This document shows positions 35,403 to 49,328 of a stretch of 64,000 nt of DNA, one piece after another; positions within the stretch are counted from its first letter, which is position 1, and every line of letters begins with the position of its first letter. The translations under genes were made by a program, and so were the position numbers. The DNA is from Utricularia gibba (lineage: Eukaryota; Plantae; Magnoliophyta): positions 186,001 through 250,000 of the forward strand of contig NEEC01000010.1 of the NCBI GenBank assembly GCA_002189035.1, written 5' to 3'. A model generated the notes under the pieces. It saw only the letters and a list, made by a program, of their open reading frames with translations, made no database searches and had not been told where the DNA came from.

Positions 35403-38166
35403 TGTCATAAAAGCAACATAATTTTAAAATTTTCGAAAAATCCAAATTGCAGATCTTGAAACATAATATACATTATATAAAATATTATTCAAATTATCTT
35501 TAAATGAACTCCAAAGTTCACCAACGGCCAACAATGGATGTTCATACGAGAAAGTACTCTATCGATAATTTTCTCAAGGCCACAAAATGATGGTTGATTA
35601 TATAAAATGCGAGTAGAGAGAATCACAAGTCACTAGATAAATGAAGATATAAAAATTCTAAGAAAAATGAATCTTTCATATCATGTTATATAGATATTTA
35701 GTAATATATCTAATTAAATTTACATAAACATTATATTTTACGAAATTTAACAAATATATATATATATATATTATCAAATTTTATCCATATCAATTTTTTT
35801 ATTTTGAGTTTAATTAATATTAATCTCAAAATGATTCTCTATTTAATTTATTCATTTTATCAATTATATCTTATGTAATTTTATCATTCTATTTTATATC
35901 AATAAATGATTTTACTATTATATGTGATCCTATAAGCTTGTTTAATGAAGACCGAAATAATAAATTTATTAATTAATTCTTAATTAATTAATACATTATT
36001 ATCAATTATGAGTGATGTCTACCAACATATCATGATTCTCAAGATGTAAGAATAATCAAGTAAATTAATTGTGCATTTTTATGATCAGTCACCATACAAT
36101 TAACAGCTTTCATTATATTTATATTTCATTCAATATCAAAACATGGCTATGCGTCTTTCTAATATATTGAACTTATAATTTTATTTAAACACTAACATTA
36201 AATGACCTATTCAAAATCTTAGAGTGTCATTAATCTGAGCGCAAGACTTACTATTAGGCTTGATGCAATTACTTAAGATAAAATCTCATAATTAACATGA
36301 ATGATGAATCTCTTTCTTTAATTTTAAAGAGTAGCATCCCCTCTGCTCTGTACTAGGCAAGCCAAAGTTCAGCTCCCATTAATAATGAATGAAAATACAA
36401 CTTTAAGATCAAGATAATTTTGTTGATCTCAAGTTTGAACTTACTTGCATGACTATTATATTCGAGATCTTACTAGTGATACTTGATTAGTTTCCTATAG
36501 TAGTATCTTGATAGCATATAAATTTTTCTGTTTTTATGATATGCAAATTTTAAGTTTTTATATATTTTAATGAATATATGAATTTTGTATGAAAATGAGC
36601 TAAATCCTTTGATTTAGCCGATTCTATGTTACCAGCGCATTTTGAGTCTAGCAACAACACCCAAAAATCAGGGAAGTCACTGACACAGCATCAGGTTGCA
36701 TAAGAAAAAGATAGCATAAAAGGAGTAATGACTACACTGTCACAGCAGCAGACTGCAAGTCAAAGGCAAGAGCAGCAGAGGTGTCAGAGATCGTACTTGC
36801 CTTGGGAAATAGGAGAGGAGAAAATAATTTTGGAGGTGAGAGAATCAAAAGAGGGGGCTTCGAGAGCTACAACAGCAACACACAGAGGGCTCCTTCGAAA
36901 ACATGAACAACGATCAGAAGAGGAGAAGGAGGAGATTCTTGCGAAGAAGACTCACATCCTCAAGAGGACTACCATAATCCAATCAGCACTACTGTTCCAT
37001 ACTGTGAACAGTAGCAAACGGAAAACATAACACTTTATTTACTTAGTTTGCTGAAACTTTACTTTCGTTGGTTGTTTGTTTGACAATGTTGAGAATATTT
37101 TCTTTAGTCTATGATTATGAAACCTTGCTTTATTTTCCATACATGAGTAGCTAAATCTTAGAGATGCCTTAAGGTGTAGGATAGTGATGTGGGGCTAGGG
37201 TACAAAGGCAATTGATCTTTATTTCCTAACTTTTAATTCTATCAATCCTTAAGTAGACCTAAGGAGGGAAACAAGTGGTTTTACAACTCAAATGCTTAGT
37301 CTAGAGGCAGATCAACAAATCAAGACGGGAGCAGTAGGTATTAGTCGAGAGTACAACCAACAAAACTGGGTAGATCCAATTCTATATATTTTGTATGCGG
37401 GTAGACCTAATTACGATGTTGGTGATGATATTAGGAACTAGCTTAGTCGAAAGCATGATAAATTAAATTAGGTATTTTAGCGCCACATCATTTGCATTAC
37501 CTTAAGGCAACTTAGTTTTACCCAATACTTAGAACCAGCACTTGTTATTTTATGCTTTACAACTTGACCTTACTTAAGGAGTTTGTTTGTTAATGTTAAT
37601 GTTAATTCGACCTTAGACTAAAACTGAAATCATTCTATGATCCTGCATAGACTAGAGTTAATAGCAAATATTTGCTCCTTGTGATCGACCCCAAAAACCA
37701 TTATGCATGTTTTCTGAACTTGTATTTTGTGAATAATAGGGTTTATGAATTTATTTGATACGTAATTTGATTTTATCACAACGATATTCAAAAATTTTCG
37801 TTTATCATATCTCGAAGATGAATCATCTAGTGAATCGATTATGTAATTTATGCCTACACATTGATTCTAATAATCTCATTACATCAATTGTGAGAACTAT
37901 TGGCTAAATAGTTTTGAGAACTCAATATATGTCTACTTATCCACAATTGTGATATTCTTGTTTCACAAATAGTTTAGCCAAAGAATTTTTTAACTTAAAA
38001 ATAAAAGCTTTAAAAATCTCACATTATGATCTCATCATAATTTCTACAGCACATAAATTAAATAAAAGATCTTATTATTGATATAAATTCAATCACTATT
38101 CAAAATGAAATATCAAAAATAAGATTTTTAAATAATTTGATTGTTTCTAGAATACATATACTAACA
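35403..38166 (-). mobile_element. LTR-like family C, inverted copy interrupted by a solo LTR
   Basis: TG...CA termini (tgtcataaaagc... / ...catatactaaca). Reverse complement is collinear with 23672-25199 once 36509-37807 is removed. No TSD found. Confidence 0.78.
36509..37807 (+). mobile_element. Solo LTR, Athila-type family A
   Basis: TGATAGC...TTTATCA termini and perfect TSD TATCT (36504-36508, 37808-37812). The empty site matches the LTR-C reference near 24010-24045. Confidence 0.92.
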
Positions 38167-38318
38167 ATGCTATTGAACTACCTCCCATAATATTGAAAAA
38201 TATGTTTTTGTCTTGATGGATCTTGTGCAAGAATGGTACCCTAGAGGGGCAAAGGAAGGAACGACGGTGGCGGCACCCGAGAATCCCTCCAAAAAAAGTG
38301 CTTCAATACGAAGCATGA

Positions 38319-39011
38319 TGATAACACATATTTTGGAGTGATTAAGTACATGAAAAAAATTCATATTGTGCTACAAAAATTTAGTTTTACTGCCTAGTTT
38401 TATATTTTTGTACATAAGTACCGTAATTGTGTGATTTTAGTCTTAGTTGGGACTAAATCTATGATTTAGCCCCAATCTTCTAATAGTTTTATTTGAGTAA
38501 TATTGTGTAGGTCGCAACACAAATCCCAAGGAGCCAAACATGCACAGTGTAGTGGCAGAAGATGAGTCCAAAAGTCTGAAAAGTGGTGCACACAAAATCT
38601 AAGGAGGAAAAAGGGAGATTTTTGACAAAAAGAGGGAAAGATGGAGAGAGAAGGCAGATCTCCCCTTGGAGACTCACGAACACATTTTCTGGAGAGAAGG
38701 GTTTTTTGGGGAGGAAGAAGAAGGAAGATAAACAGGAACGAAGCTGAAGTTCAAGATTATTTTCTATCTTCGAAGAATATTACTCTTAGCTAAGAGTAGC
38801 TAGTGACTTTTTCAGTTTTTGTTGACACTTCACATTAGTTGCTTGTTTGCTTTCTGGTATTTGACTGTGAAATGAGCATACTGTGGGTGATGTTTTCTTT
38901 TCCACTTTCGTTTACCTTAAGCATGAGTGGCTAAGTACTTAGGGGGGTGCCTTGGGGTAAAAAGGGGAGAAACATGTTAATCAACCTTTAGATCTAAACA
39001 GCCATGAGTCA
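38319..39011 (+). mobile_element. Truncated LTR, family A' (5' part only)
   Basis: Starts TGATAACACATATTTT like 46126 and shares long near-identical blocks with 46126-46528. Ends abruptly at atgagtca, where a family B LTR begins. Confidence 0.85.
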
Positions 39012-39535
39012 TGATGGTAATTCTATAAGTGTACAGAAACCGTCGAAGTAATAAAATAAGATCGTATCCACAAGGAATTGTTATTGGAATATTCTTTTCA
39101 AAACAAAGATTTAAAAAGATTGAAAATAAAAGAAAGATTGGGTTTTGAAGACAATAAGAAAAATGGTCTTGGATCTAAGATCTACCTTACTTGAAACTCG
39201 CCCTTGTGTGTGTGCAAACCTTGAAGACTGACCTGCTTGCGCAAGCTTTGGGGGTGTTATACTAAAGTTGTGCTACTCGGTGACCGTTATAGCACTGTCC
39301 CTTGTTTTGTGGGATTATGGAATCAACCACGCCACCATAGCCATTTCACCTCTTGTGATAACCCATGTTTTCCCCACACCCAAATGTAACCCCTACACCT
39401 CTCACCTTCTACAAAATGTGACAGATTAAACAAAATGTGTCTTACCAACGATGTCCGATTGAGCCCTTCTCCTTAGGTGTTTGAGGCTAACCTTTAATTC
39501 TTCTACACTCCTTTATGGTTACATGGTACTAAAGA
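39012..39535 (-). mobile_element. Truncated LTR, family B
   Basis: Starts TGATGGTAATTCT and aligns with 3877-4400 up to ...tactaaaga, then is replaced by unrelated sequence. Confidence 0.88.
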
Positions 39536-40784
39536 TGTCACGGAGTATCGATCTCAGGGAGTTTTTTTTCGTGAAAAGTGTTTGCAAGCAACTTCTACAA
39601 AATGTCACGGTTTTGTAAAAAGGGGTTTTTAAGATGCAGAAATGAAAGATACAACCTAAGTAATAGGCCTTGACTACGGGACACAGTTCCTGGGAATAAG
39701 ACTCCATCTCCTTCCTTTGTCCGTCCTTGCCTCGGTTTTCACTGATTTCTTTCAAATAGCTGGTTATAGGAGCAAGGAATAGCCTACTCTCCCTTACACT
39801 CTGATTGACAAGGAGGCACTGGAATAGCCTCATGTGATTCTCCCTTGGACGATTAGGAAGACAAGAGGATTGCCTTCGATTGCCTTCAAAATTGAATTGT
39901 GCGCGTGTGCCCAGCTGTTGCCAATGGCCAGTGGTAGGTCCGATGTCACAACTTGTCCACTGTCGCAGTACCTAGGCCACAAACAATCTGCTGCTTCCCT
40001 CGAACCAGTAGGGTTGGAGTTGGTGCTCTTCACCTTGATCTTCACCAAAATCCGCGAGAAGTGGCCTGCTACTCATGGACCTTGACTAAGAGTCATTACA
40101 GAAAGACTGCAACAAGATGCGTGAAAGTATGCGGAATCCGAATTGAATTCAGTGAAGAACCGAGTGTATTGCTCAGGACTTGGAAGGAAACTTCATCTAC
40201 TTCCTAGAAACTAAAGGTTTTTAGCCCGAAAGGGCCATAGAAAGAGAAACGAAAAGAAACTAAGTGTTCTTCCTCCTTGAGAGGAGGAAGAACTCAAAAG
40301 TTCTAAGTACAAGATAAATTGTTCAAAAGTCTGAAACTAAGTGCTCCAAGTGGTTTTTATATGACTTCCCACATGCATTAACTCCTTTGGGTCCCCTTCC
40401 CATCATTCCTTCTGTCTTGTGTGTGCCAGCAGCCTTTCTTTGCGTGCAAGTTTGCGCCCAATCATTGCTACAGACTTTGACATGTTGTAAGTTAGGGGCC
40501 TTGACTAGTGTCAGTCTTCCGCCCACAATCATTCCAACTCACGTACAAGGCATGAAAACTCAGAGTCTGATCACCTACAATACTCCTGCAACACTCTATG
40601 ACAGTCTCCTGACATGTCTCGGTCAAAGTGTGAGAAAAAAGACATAAAATATACACAAAATGGGAAAATGGGAATTTTCTAGTAAGAATTAAATACTTAA
40701 TAATAAGACTCCTAATTTGGGCGACTTCATACATAATTAACACATAATAATACCTAATAATTAACTAGTAAATGACACTTAACA
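39536..40784. mobile_element. LTR-like segment (family D), TG...CA bounded
   Basis: Begins TGTCACGG exactly where family B homology stops and ends ...gacacttaaCA. Flanks AAAGA/GTAGT do not match. Single copy in the window, so the assignment is tentative. Confidence 0.45.
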
Positions 40785-41430
40785 GTAGTATGTCACACAC
40801 TCGTCCAGTCAATGAAGGGACGAAGAAGCTATGAATTATTACCATCCTCCTAGTTTAAATAACTTTCTTACGCTTGCATCCATGAACTTGATATTTATCA
40901 CTTTGGGCCTATGACACCCTATCATGGTTCAACATTCTTGCGTTTGGAATGAAATCATTGCATAGATATTATCCCTATTAAACCTTATGTTTTTCCCCAA
41001 ATCAGTTAATTACTATTAGCCATCTGCCAACACCACCATCCTCCAATGACCACTACCCACTTCGACGCTAGCTCCACGTCGCACGTCGCATGCTTACCAC
41101 CCACTCCATTCCGCATGCCGTCCATTGACGTGGGCAATAGTGGTAAAAAATGTGAGGACTAATTTTTAAATAGTGGAAATTAATTATAAGTACTATTAAA
41201 ACATTGGAGATAAAAAATGACTACAGTTAAAAAGCTTGGAAATTAAATATTCCTAATATATTAAGAGTTGGGGGACTAAAAATGGCTGATACTTCATAAT
41301 TTGAGGATTAATTATGCCAATATAAATTAAATATATAGTTTTGATTAAATTATTAGAACTAAATTACCACTACCCTCTTGCATGCTTAACGATGATGACA
41401 ACATCCTTATAATTAAGTGTAGGGGAGGTG

Positions 41431-42162
41431 TGGTAACTGAAAAATCAGTTTTCATTTTAAATAAATTTATAATTCTTAATCTTTATAAAATACAAATTCA
41501 ATCGAATTATATAATGGTTTTGGGGTCAATAACGAAGAACAAGTACTTACAATGTATTTTTGGGATGTAGAATTATGAAATGAGTTCACTCTTAGTCCTA
41601 GGCTAAACTAACTCTAGCATACAGGATCGGTAATCTAAATGATATAATAAAACAGAAAGTAATAAACTCAAATTTTTATACAAAAGATAACTATGATGAC
41701 TGGTAATTTAGGTGATGTGGTGAACAAGCTCCAAGTTTAATCCACAATTTTATACTTACAAAACTTGAAATAACGTAGGTACACCCAATTCATTTCCTAT
41801 AGTTTCAATTATGATACTCTCTAGTTTCTCAACCCATATCACCAGTAGGTCTACCGATTTTTAAAATAAATAAAATTAAGCCTATCTAGTTCTATTAATT
41901 CTACCAGATAATACCACCTTATTTGCTCGTCTTGACTCTTTAATCTACTTCCAAATTGAGTTTTTAAGTTTTGCTATAGGTTGTTCTACCCCTTAGGTAT
42001 CCGAGACATGGTAAAACAAACAACTGTACAAAAATTAGGATCGAAACAAAAACTTTCGTTCACACTACCTTCATACACCCTAAGGCGTCTCCTCAATCTA
42101 GTCATGCATATTAGAAAGTAAGGTCATGACTTCATAAATGAAAACTAAGAATGATGTCATCA
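41431..42162 (-). mobile_element. Partial Athila-type LTR related to families A/A'
   Basis: Shares the block aaataaatttataat...tacaaattc...ggggtc(g/a)a with 18620-18710, 48160-48230 and 63120-63200. No TSD. Confidence 0.6.
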
Positions 42163-42199
42163 GCATAATTTAAAACAAAGTTGCACCACTAAGTATTCA

Positions 42200-43600
42200 A
42201 TAAATATTGAGCAAAATAAAGTAAGCTGTTTGGCATGAAACTCTTAGTACTTGCTTTTACAAAGACAATGCATCCTCCGGTTTTCTTGAGATATATGTAT
42301 TGAAAAAGATCAACCAATATTAAATAGAGAAAATGAGCATCTGCCTTTAGGGAGATCCACATGAAAGTGCATGGCAAGCTTAGTAATGAGGGAAGGAAAT
42401 GGGAGCACTCGTTCATTAGATGGAAATCCACTAGTCGAGCTTGATAGGAATCTTTTTCATCATCGCTTCAAGGAAAAACACCACAACTTTCAAGATGATA
42501 CTCATGCCGTGTGGAGTGGCGGAGTAGCATCTTTCTATGTACTTGTTAAATAATAATAGTATAGGAGCCTTCAAATAATAGTATAGGGCTCACAAACCGA
42601 TATGAAAGCATAAACAGAATAGGTGCCAAATGAAGGAGGATAATGACAACAAGCTTATAAATAACGGTGAAGTAATTAATTCCTCCTTAAATACAAGACG
42701 AAGAACAATATTAAAATCATTCATAAAAAGTTCAAAATCTTTTTTTCCCAATCAAAAATAGATTGAAGCTTTTGAAATGGGGTTACACTCAAGACCATCA
42801 AATGTTAAAGGAGCATAAAATTCAAAACCAATTTAGGGTAGATAGGAAGACCAATTTCCAAAAAATAATGCCATTGAGGTGAAATTTCGAATATAAAGTC
42901 AATATCATGCATCAGTTGTAAACGAACTTAAGTTAGGGCATGCAGTTTGAAAGCAAACAAAATGTGATGTGTCGTTAAATATTGAATAACCCTCTTGAAA
43001 ACTAGGACCTCTTCTGACATTTCGACCAGTTTGATCCTGATAGTGGCTTTTCGCTCCTCTTTTTGAATGACGTATATGGCTGGCACACGTGTGGATGAGG
43101 TCCATCTGAGTCTTCGATGCGTCGGTGATCAAAATTTTTCCAGGTCACAAGGACTTAGTCATTTCCTCAAGATCTCTAGTGGTTACTTTAGCATGAGTGA
43201 GACTCCTTATACCAAATCCCTCTAGGAAGCTTTTCAATAGTTCTCTTTTAAATTCATACTCCAAAACCTCTAGTTCAGTTTTTTGTCTCGCAATATTGGA
43301 GTTCATCATATATTATATGGAAAAGAAGAAAAAAAATCATTAACACAACAAATAGAACCTAGAGGAATCTTCTAGTACCATTCCCAAGCATCCTCTTGCA
43401 GTGTGAATGCAAATAATCTACATCTCATCCAATCAATCTTGGTGTTGTGCAATTGTTGATGTCCAATAGACTCAAATGTTGGTCAAGATCACCCTAATCA
43501 TTGAATTCAGGGTGCCCCTCGAGCGCATTGTTGATGACCTAGAGAGAGAATGGGTCGTATGTGTAAATGCATGATGAGCAATTTCTCTCCTCTCTCATTA
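42200..43600 (-). mobile_element. Gypsy internal remnants (Athila accessory ORF-like; retrotransposon gag-like)
   Basis: WHYFLEIGLPIYPKLVL.FYAPLTFDG...IYF.LG and LPFPSLITKLAMHFHVDL (42300-42900); WMRCRLFAFTLQEDAWEWY.KIPLGS (43350-43450). All frameshifted. Confidence 0.65.
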
Positions 43601-44510
43601 GTCTAGTAATTTTTGGGAGGCTTCTGGCCCTTGGTTGTACCTCAAAATGACCTCTTATTCGGCTGCAAGCTCCATGGCCCTACCATGTTAGAGTCTCGAA
43701 GGTGCTCGAATGTTCGTCGAGTGACTATTGGTGGCATCTTGGGGGTACGGCCTCAAGAAGTGGGCCTCATGTAAATTTGTGATAGACTACTAACTGACTT
43801 TTCAATAATCAAACACCAGTGTTTTAGAAAGTCTAGTGTAGAGAAATTGTTTTTATTTCTTAAAATTATATTGATGATGTGATTTAGTTTTAATAATTTA
43901 TTATAAGTATTATATATATTCTTGTTATATAAATATGTATAATTATAATTTTATAGAATTAAAAATAGTAAAAATACAAAAAATAGGTATTCTTTGTGAA
44001 CCTTTTTAAACGATACAATTTTTAAGTAATTTTAGTATTAATTTGTTGGCTAAGTTTTTAAAAATTGGAAAAACTATTAATAATAGAATTTTTTTTTAGG
44101 ATATATTTTCAAATGACCTTATAATATATCTAATTTGTACATTTCAATGAAATTATATTGAAATGAAAAATGAAATGAGAATTTAGTATTTCAATAACCA
44201 CAGACTTCTCTAAACGGATACATTTCTATCTATAAGTTCAATTTAAATTGCATCATAGAAATTAGAAAAAAAAAGTTCTTTCAAATCATTGTTATTATTC
44301 AATATTAGCTCAATTAAAAAAATGATGAAAAATATCTTTTCAACTAAAGTTTAAATTGTTTTAATTTAAAATGAGTACGTAGGAATTTTAAAATGAAATG
44401 AAGTTAAATTTTTTTAATTTAAAATTCGTATTTACTCATTTTAAATTAAAAAAAAATAAAATAAAATCTAAGGTTCAAATTAAATAATAAGAGGAAAATA
44501 ATAATACTTA

Positions 44511-44660
44511 TTTACTTAAATATAAAGGTTTACATAAATAAAGGATAAAGAATAATGCTTATTTAATTAAATCCAAAAGTTTACTTAAATATAAAGGTTT
44601 ACATAAATAAAGGATAAAGAATAATGCTTATTTAATTAAATCCAAAAGTTTACTTAAATA
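44511..44660 (+). repeat. Perfect 69-bp tandem duplication within a degenerate AT-rich array
   Basis: 44511-44579 is identical to 44580-44648, plus a partial third unit. Related ~30-bp units (taaagaataatacttatt) continue to about 44760. Confidence 0.85.
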
Positions 44661-46125
44661 ACGGGTAAAGAATAATACTTATTCAATAATAAAAGATAAA
44701 AAATAACACTTATTCAATAATAAAGGGTAAAGAATATTACTTATTTAATTAAATCGAACAATTTACTCAAACAATCAAATTAAATAAAGTTTATTTATTT
44801 TATTTTTAAATCATTACATTATTTTTTAATTTATTTGATAATAATATAAAAACCATGATAAATGTTAAATAAAAATTGTTCGATACTTTGGTTGATAAAA
44901 AGACAATAGATATCTTATTTTCAATGTTGTTTTATATTTTACTATAAAATTTTTAGAGAAAAACAATTATTCATATTTCTTATCAATGGCTCAACTTATT
45001 ATAAAATAATTATTTGGTATTTTTCTAAATAAATATATTGGTATTATTTCAATGTTTCATTCATTTAGAAAACTTTAATTCATATAACAATATGAAAATA
45101 AATATGATAAATGTTTCATTTTTTAAAATTACGAAATACACCTAAAAGTTTATTCAACATGGAAACAACTTCGTTTGAACTCCATTTATTATTGGACCTT
45201 GTTGTAGTTGAAGGTTGACATAACTTTTGTGGATAAAAAATATAATGTTTTATGTGAATTAGTCCTTCATAATTATTAGCTTTTCATTCAAAGTATGAAT
45301 TTTTTCCATAAAAACTTGATTGTCTAGAAGTAATTGGGTTTCCTCCTTTAAGATTTGATGGCATCAATATCATGTCACAACACTGAGGTAATGAACATTA
45401 TTCTAAACCATAATGAATATATTCTTGCTCAGCAAGAGTCTCCATAGTTATTTTACGTGGTTTTTGTGTTCCAACAGAATGATGTCCTTTATAATTTAGA
45501 AAATCAACAACACCCTGATAGCGTGATGCCTTCTTATGATCAATCCTTGTATTTTCATATTCATGATCAACATGAAGTGCAAAACTCACAGATGGACAAT
45601 AGAACATATGTTGACAAGGTTGAATCTCGGATGCACAAGTTTTTTTCCACAAAATGAGTGTGGTAAAATTGGCTTGCCCTTCTTTGATTTATATTAAATT
45701 CACGACAAACCTAGAATAAGAATTTATATTAGATATAAAGAATAAAATATATATTACTATAAAATATATCCTTTGTATATAAAGACATGAAAGTGATTCT
45801 ATTTGTCAAAACCCATAGTCATATATTCCATTTCATATATTTACTCTAAAAGTAGTAGAATTGTGAATTCCCATTTCAGTAATATCACATTTCATATTTT
45901 GATTGTTGTCTCATTCGCAAAGAAGGTTTTATACTTGTTCTTATGATGTTTTTAAACTTATTCAATTTTTTCTACAAATACTTTCCTCACATTGGATACT
46001 TAACATCTAGCTCTTTGTTTTTTTTCAAAATAATAAAGTTCTTTCTCAAATGTGACCTAAATACTCATTTGGTTATATGTATTTAGTCTAATAATAATGG
46101 TTAAGAGCCAAGAAAAGAAACCTTT

Positions 46126-47006
46126 TGATAACACATATTTTTAAGTGATTGAGTGCATAGAAAAGATTCATATGGTGCTACAAAAATTTAGTTTTACTAC
46201 CTAGTTTTATATTTTTGCGCATAAGTACCGCAATTGTGTTATTTTAGTCTTAGTTGGGACTAAATCTACGATTTAGTCTCAACCTTCTAATAATTTTACT
46301 CAAGCAATGCAGTGCAGGTCGCAACACGAATCCCAAGGAGCCGAATATGCACAGTGTAGTGGCAGAAGATGAGTCCAAATGTATGAAAATGAGCACATTG
46401 TGGGTGATGTTTTCTTTTCCACTTTCGTTTACCTTAAGCATGAGTGGCTAAGTACTTAGGGGGGTGCCTTGGGGTAAAAAGGGGAGAAAAATGTTAATCA
46501 ACCTTTAGATCTAAACACCCATGAGTCACGCCACTTCCTTAACAAACAAGGATAGATCCAGGAGGGGGAAGTAGTGAAACCCAACTTAACAACCCTAATT
46601 AGGGGTAGACCAAAGATTAGGGGGAAAAACAAGAATCCGGGTAGACCTAGATCTTGTGAGTTAGTTGTATGATTTGTGGTTTGTGTGAGTTTGTTTAATG
46701 ATGAGTATACATCCCCTAGGAGTCCCAAGGCATCATCCATTCCATTCCAAAAACAACCGAACTCTAGAACTTATTACTTTTCTTTACTGTATTTCGTTTT
46801 AGTTCTGCTTTAGTCCTAGTTAAGACCAATTTTACCGACGTGACATTGATTCCTTGCATTGACCTTCACATAGCAAGCACCTAGCTCCTTGTGTTCGACC
46901 CTAGTCCACTATGCTCATAATTGTTTTATGCTTGAATGTGTATTAGGTTATAAATTTATTTGATAGGAAAGTTTACATTTACGACGTGTGAATTTTTCGT
47001 TTATCA
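46126..47006 (+). mobile_element. Solo LTR, Athila-type family A' (881 bp)
   Basis: TGATAAC...TTTATCA termini and perfect TSD CCTTT (46121-46125, 47007-47011). Confidence 0.92.
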
Positions 47007-47011
47007 CCTTT

Positions 47012-47600
47012 ATAATAGCAGTAGGAGAAAGACATCAAGTTCCTTTGAGCACACTATTTAATGCCTCCGCATGATTTGCCAATATCTATATTATTCTCAA
47101 ATTTTACTATAGTACTTGGATTTTGTTATTTCACCTCTTTAAGATAATTTGATAACTCAGCATATGAATCATCAAATTAACAATATTATAACTGCTATAC
47201 TTTAGTTAAAGCCATCCATGCTTACTAATAAGGAATTGTAAAGTTATAATCTCTATTGATGTAAGCTTCAATTGCTCTAATTGTTATCTTATCATTTGTC
47301 TCCAACATAAGATGAATGTCAAGTTAACATGCTTTTTAGGAAAATAATTTGTTAGCTCACATGCATATGGGCTATTGTACGAAGAAATATTTCATGTACT
47401 TGTTCGTTTTTGTGGCCCTGCATTCAAAGACCCAAAACAATTTGGTATTTAATAGCATAAAGTGAAATATTTCATCTTCATAATGTGTGCTCTCTTTTAA
47501 CGTTGATATTGTATAATTTTACAGCATTCTTTAAAGCTTGATTATCTTTAAAATGCACGCCAATTGATAGCTTTTTCGAATCTTCATTATAGTAACTCAT
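47012..47600 (-). mobile_element. Second, older MuDR transposase remnant
   Basis: MLETNDKITIRAIEAYINRDYNFTIPY*KAWMAL-like segment, DDSYAELSNYLKEVK*QNPSTIV and AEALNSVLKG, with internal deletions. Confidence 0.65.
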
Positions 47601-48106
47601 TGAATAGTTGCTTCATTATGGTAACGAGAATGGTTCATCTTCCAACAATTTGTATTTGAGAATCTCCTCTTCAATATCTACTTGCATTTCATTCAAGTCA
47701 TCATTATCAATCGGTATATATGTCGGGTCATCTTCATCAGTGTTCACCTCATCACAATGTTCGAAGGCTTATGGTAAGAAAACATGAAATATTTATTAAA
47801 GACTGAAAAAAGTATATTAATCTTATAAAAATACAAATCTAACCATTTTGTTGTGTTGGCTGTTGATAAGTCGTGAGAAAACCAAAATTAGAGTCTAAGG
47901 GATCAAGGTTGTGTTTTGATTCTCAAAGTATAGAATTGTCATGACTCACCCTCACCTTATATGATATTGTCCATTTCAAACACCCAACCCTCACGGTTTT
48001 ACATGCTTTGTAAGTCCATGAATCTAATGATGGTCTGACATTCCACATTGGTTATGAACGGGGAAGGGGAGAACGTAACACCATGAGAGTGAGTCTTGAC
48101 ACTATT

Positions 48107-48800
48107 TGATAAACGAAAAATCTACACACATCGTAATCTGCAAACTCTTCAATCAAATAAATTTATAATCTAATACACATTAAAACATAATATTATTATA
48201 AGCATAGTGTTTAGGGTCGAACACAAAGAACAAGTGATTGTCATGTGATCATCAATGCATGCAATCAGTGTTAGGTTGATAGATTTGGTTTTAACTAGGA
48301 TTAAGTCAAATTTACGAAGAAATACAGTAAAGGAAAACAATAAACTTGCACGTTTATCACTAAAATAATCTCACATACACCACAAATCATACATCTAACA
48401 ACCAAAAGTCTAGGTTTATCCAAATCCTTGTTTTCTCCTAATCTTGGGTCTACCTTAATTAAGGTTTTTAAGATGAATGTCACTCCTTCCCTCTCCTGAA
48501 TTTATCCTTGTTTGATAAGAAAGTAGTGTGATCTATGGTTATCAAGGTTTAATGATTGATTAGCACATTACACCCCTTTGATCCCAAGACACTACTCTAA
48601 TTGCTTAGCCACTCATCATAATGGAAAAGAAAGAGTTTTCATAACACATCCTAAGCAACATTTGGATCTGAAAGTTAAATGGCAACACAAGATGCATAAT
48701 AGAACATAAACAACAAATTGTTTACGTAGGAAAACTAGAACTAGTATCAACTAGGAATATGTTCTTCAAAAGTATAAGAAATCTTTAAAAGAGAGCTTAG
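48107..48800 (-). mobile_element. Partial LTR, family A'-related
   Basis: Begins TGATAAACGAAAAA, the reverse complement of the 46126-47006 3' end, with shared blocks. Far end not resolved. Confidence 0.65.
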
Positions 48801-49328
48801 ATCATGGTTTCATTTTCTTCATCCTCCATGATTCTGCTACTCCTTTCCAGATCCCCCTTCCCACAATTGTTTTTCATAATCTTCAATGGGGAGATATTTT
48901 CTCTTTCCTTATTATTTTAAAAATCCTTTTATTCTTTTCTTTGGGATTTGATTGTACTTGATTCAGCTTTTATTCTACATTCTCTACAATTTCACTATGC
49001 TCTTTTCGACTCCTAGGGAATTGAGTTGGCTGATAATTGCTATTGCTCCAGAAAACAATTAAACTCATGATACAAGGTAATTAAAAATATAATCACATTT
49101 ACATTAATAAATTTCTAATATTCATCTAAATTCATGATAGTATTACAATTTTGGATTTTTTTATTTCTTTAATTTTTTTTTTGCTAAGAAATTAATCCAT
49201 TTAAATATTTTCTTGGATAAATAATTCAGGCATTTTTATTACAGTAACTGTCTCAAACTTTTTATGGAATTATCTATTAATATTTTTTTATTATGAAAAG
49301 TTTTCATCTTTTTTCAACATAAATTCAT

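Noticed and set aside
36728-37030. 100-aa Q/E-rich ORF
   Set aside because: Lies inside a TSD-flanked solo LTR, and the frame is not conserved in the sister LTR copies.
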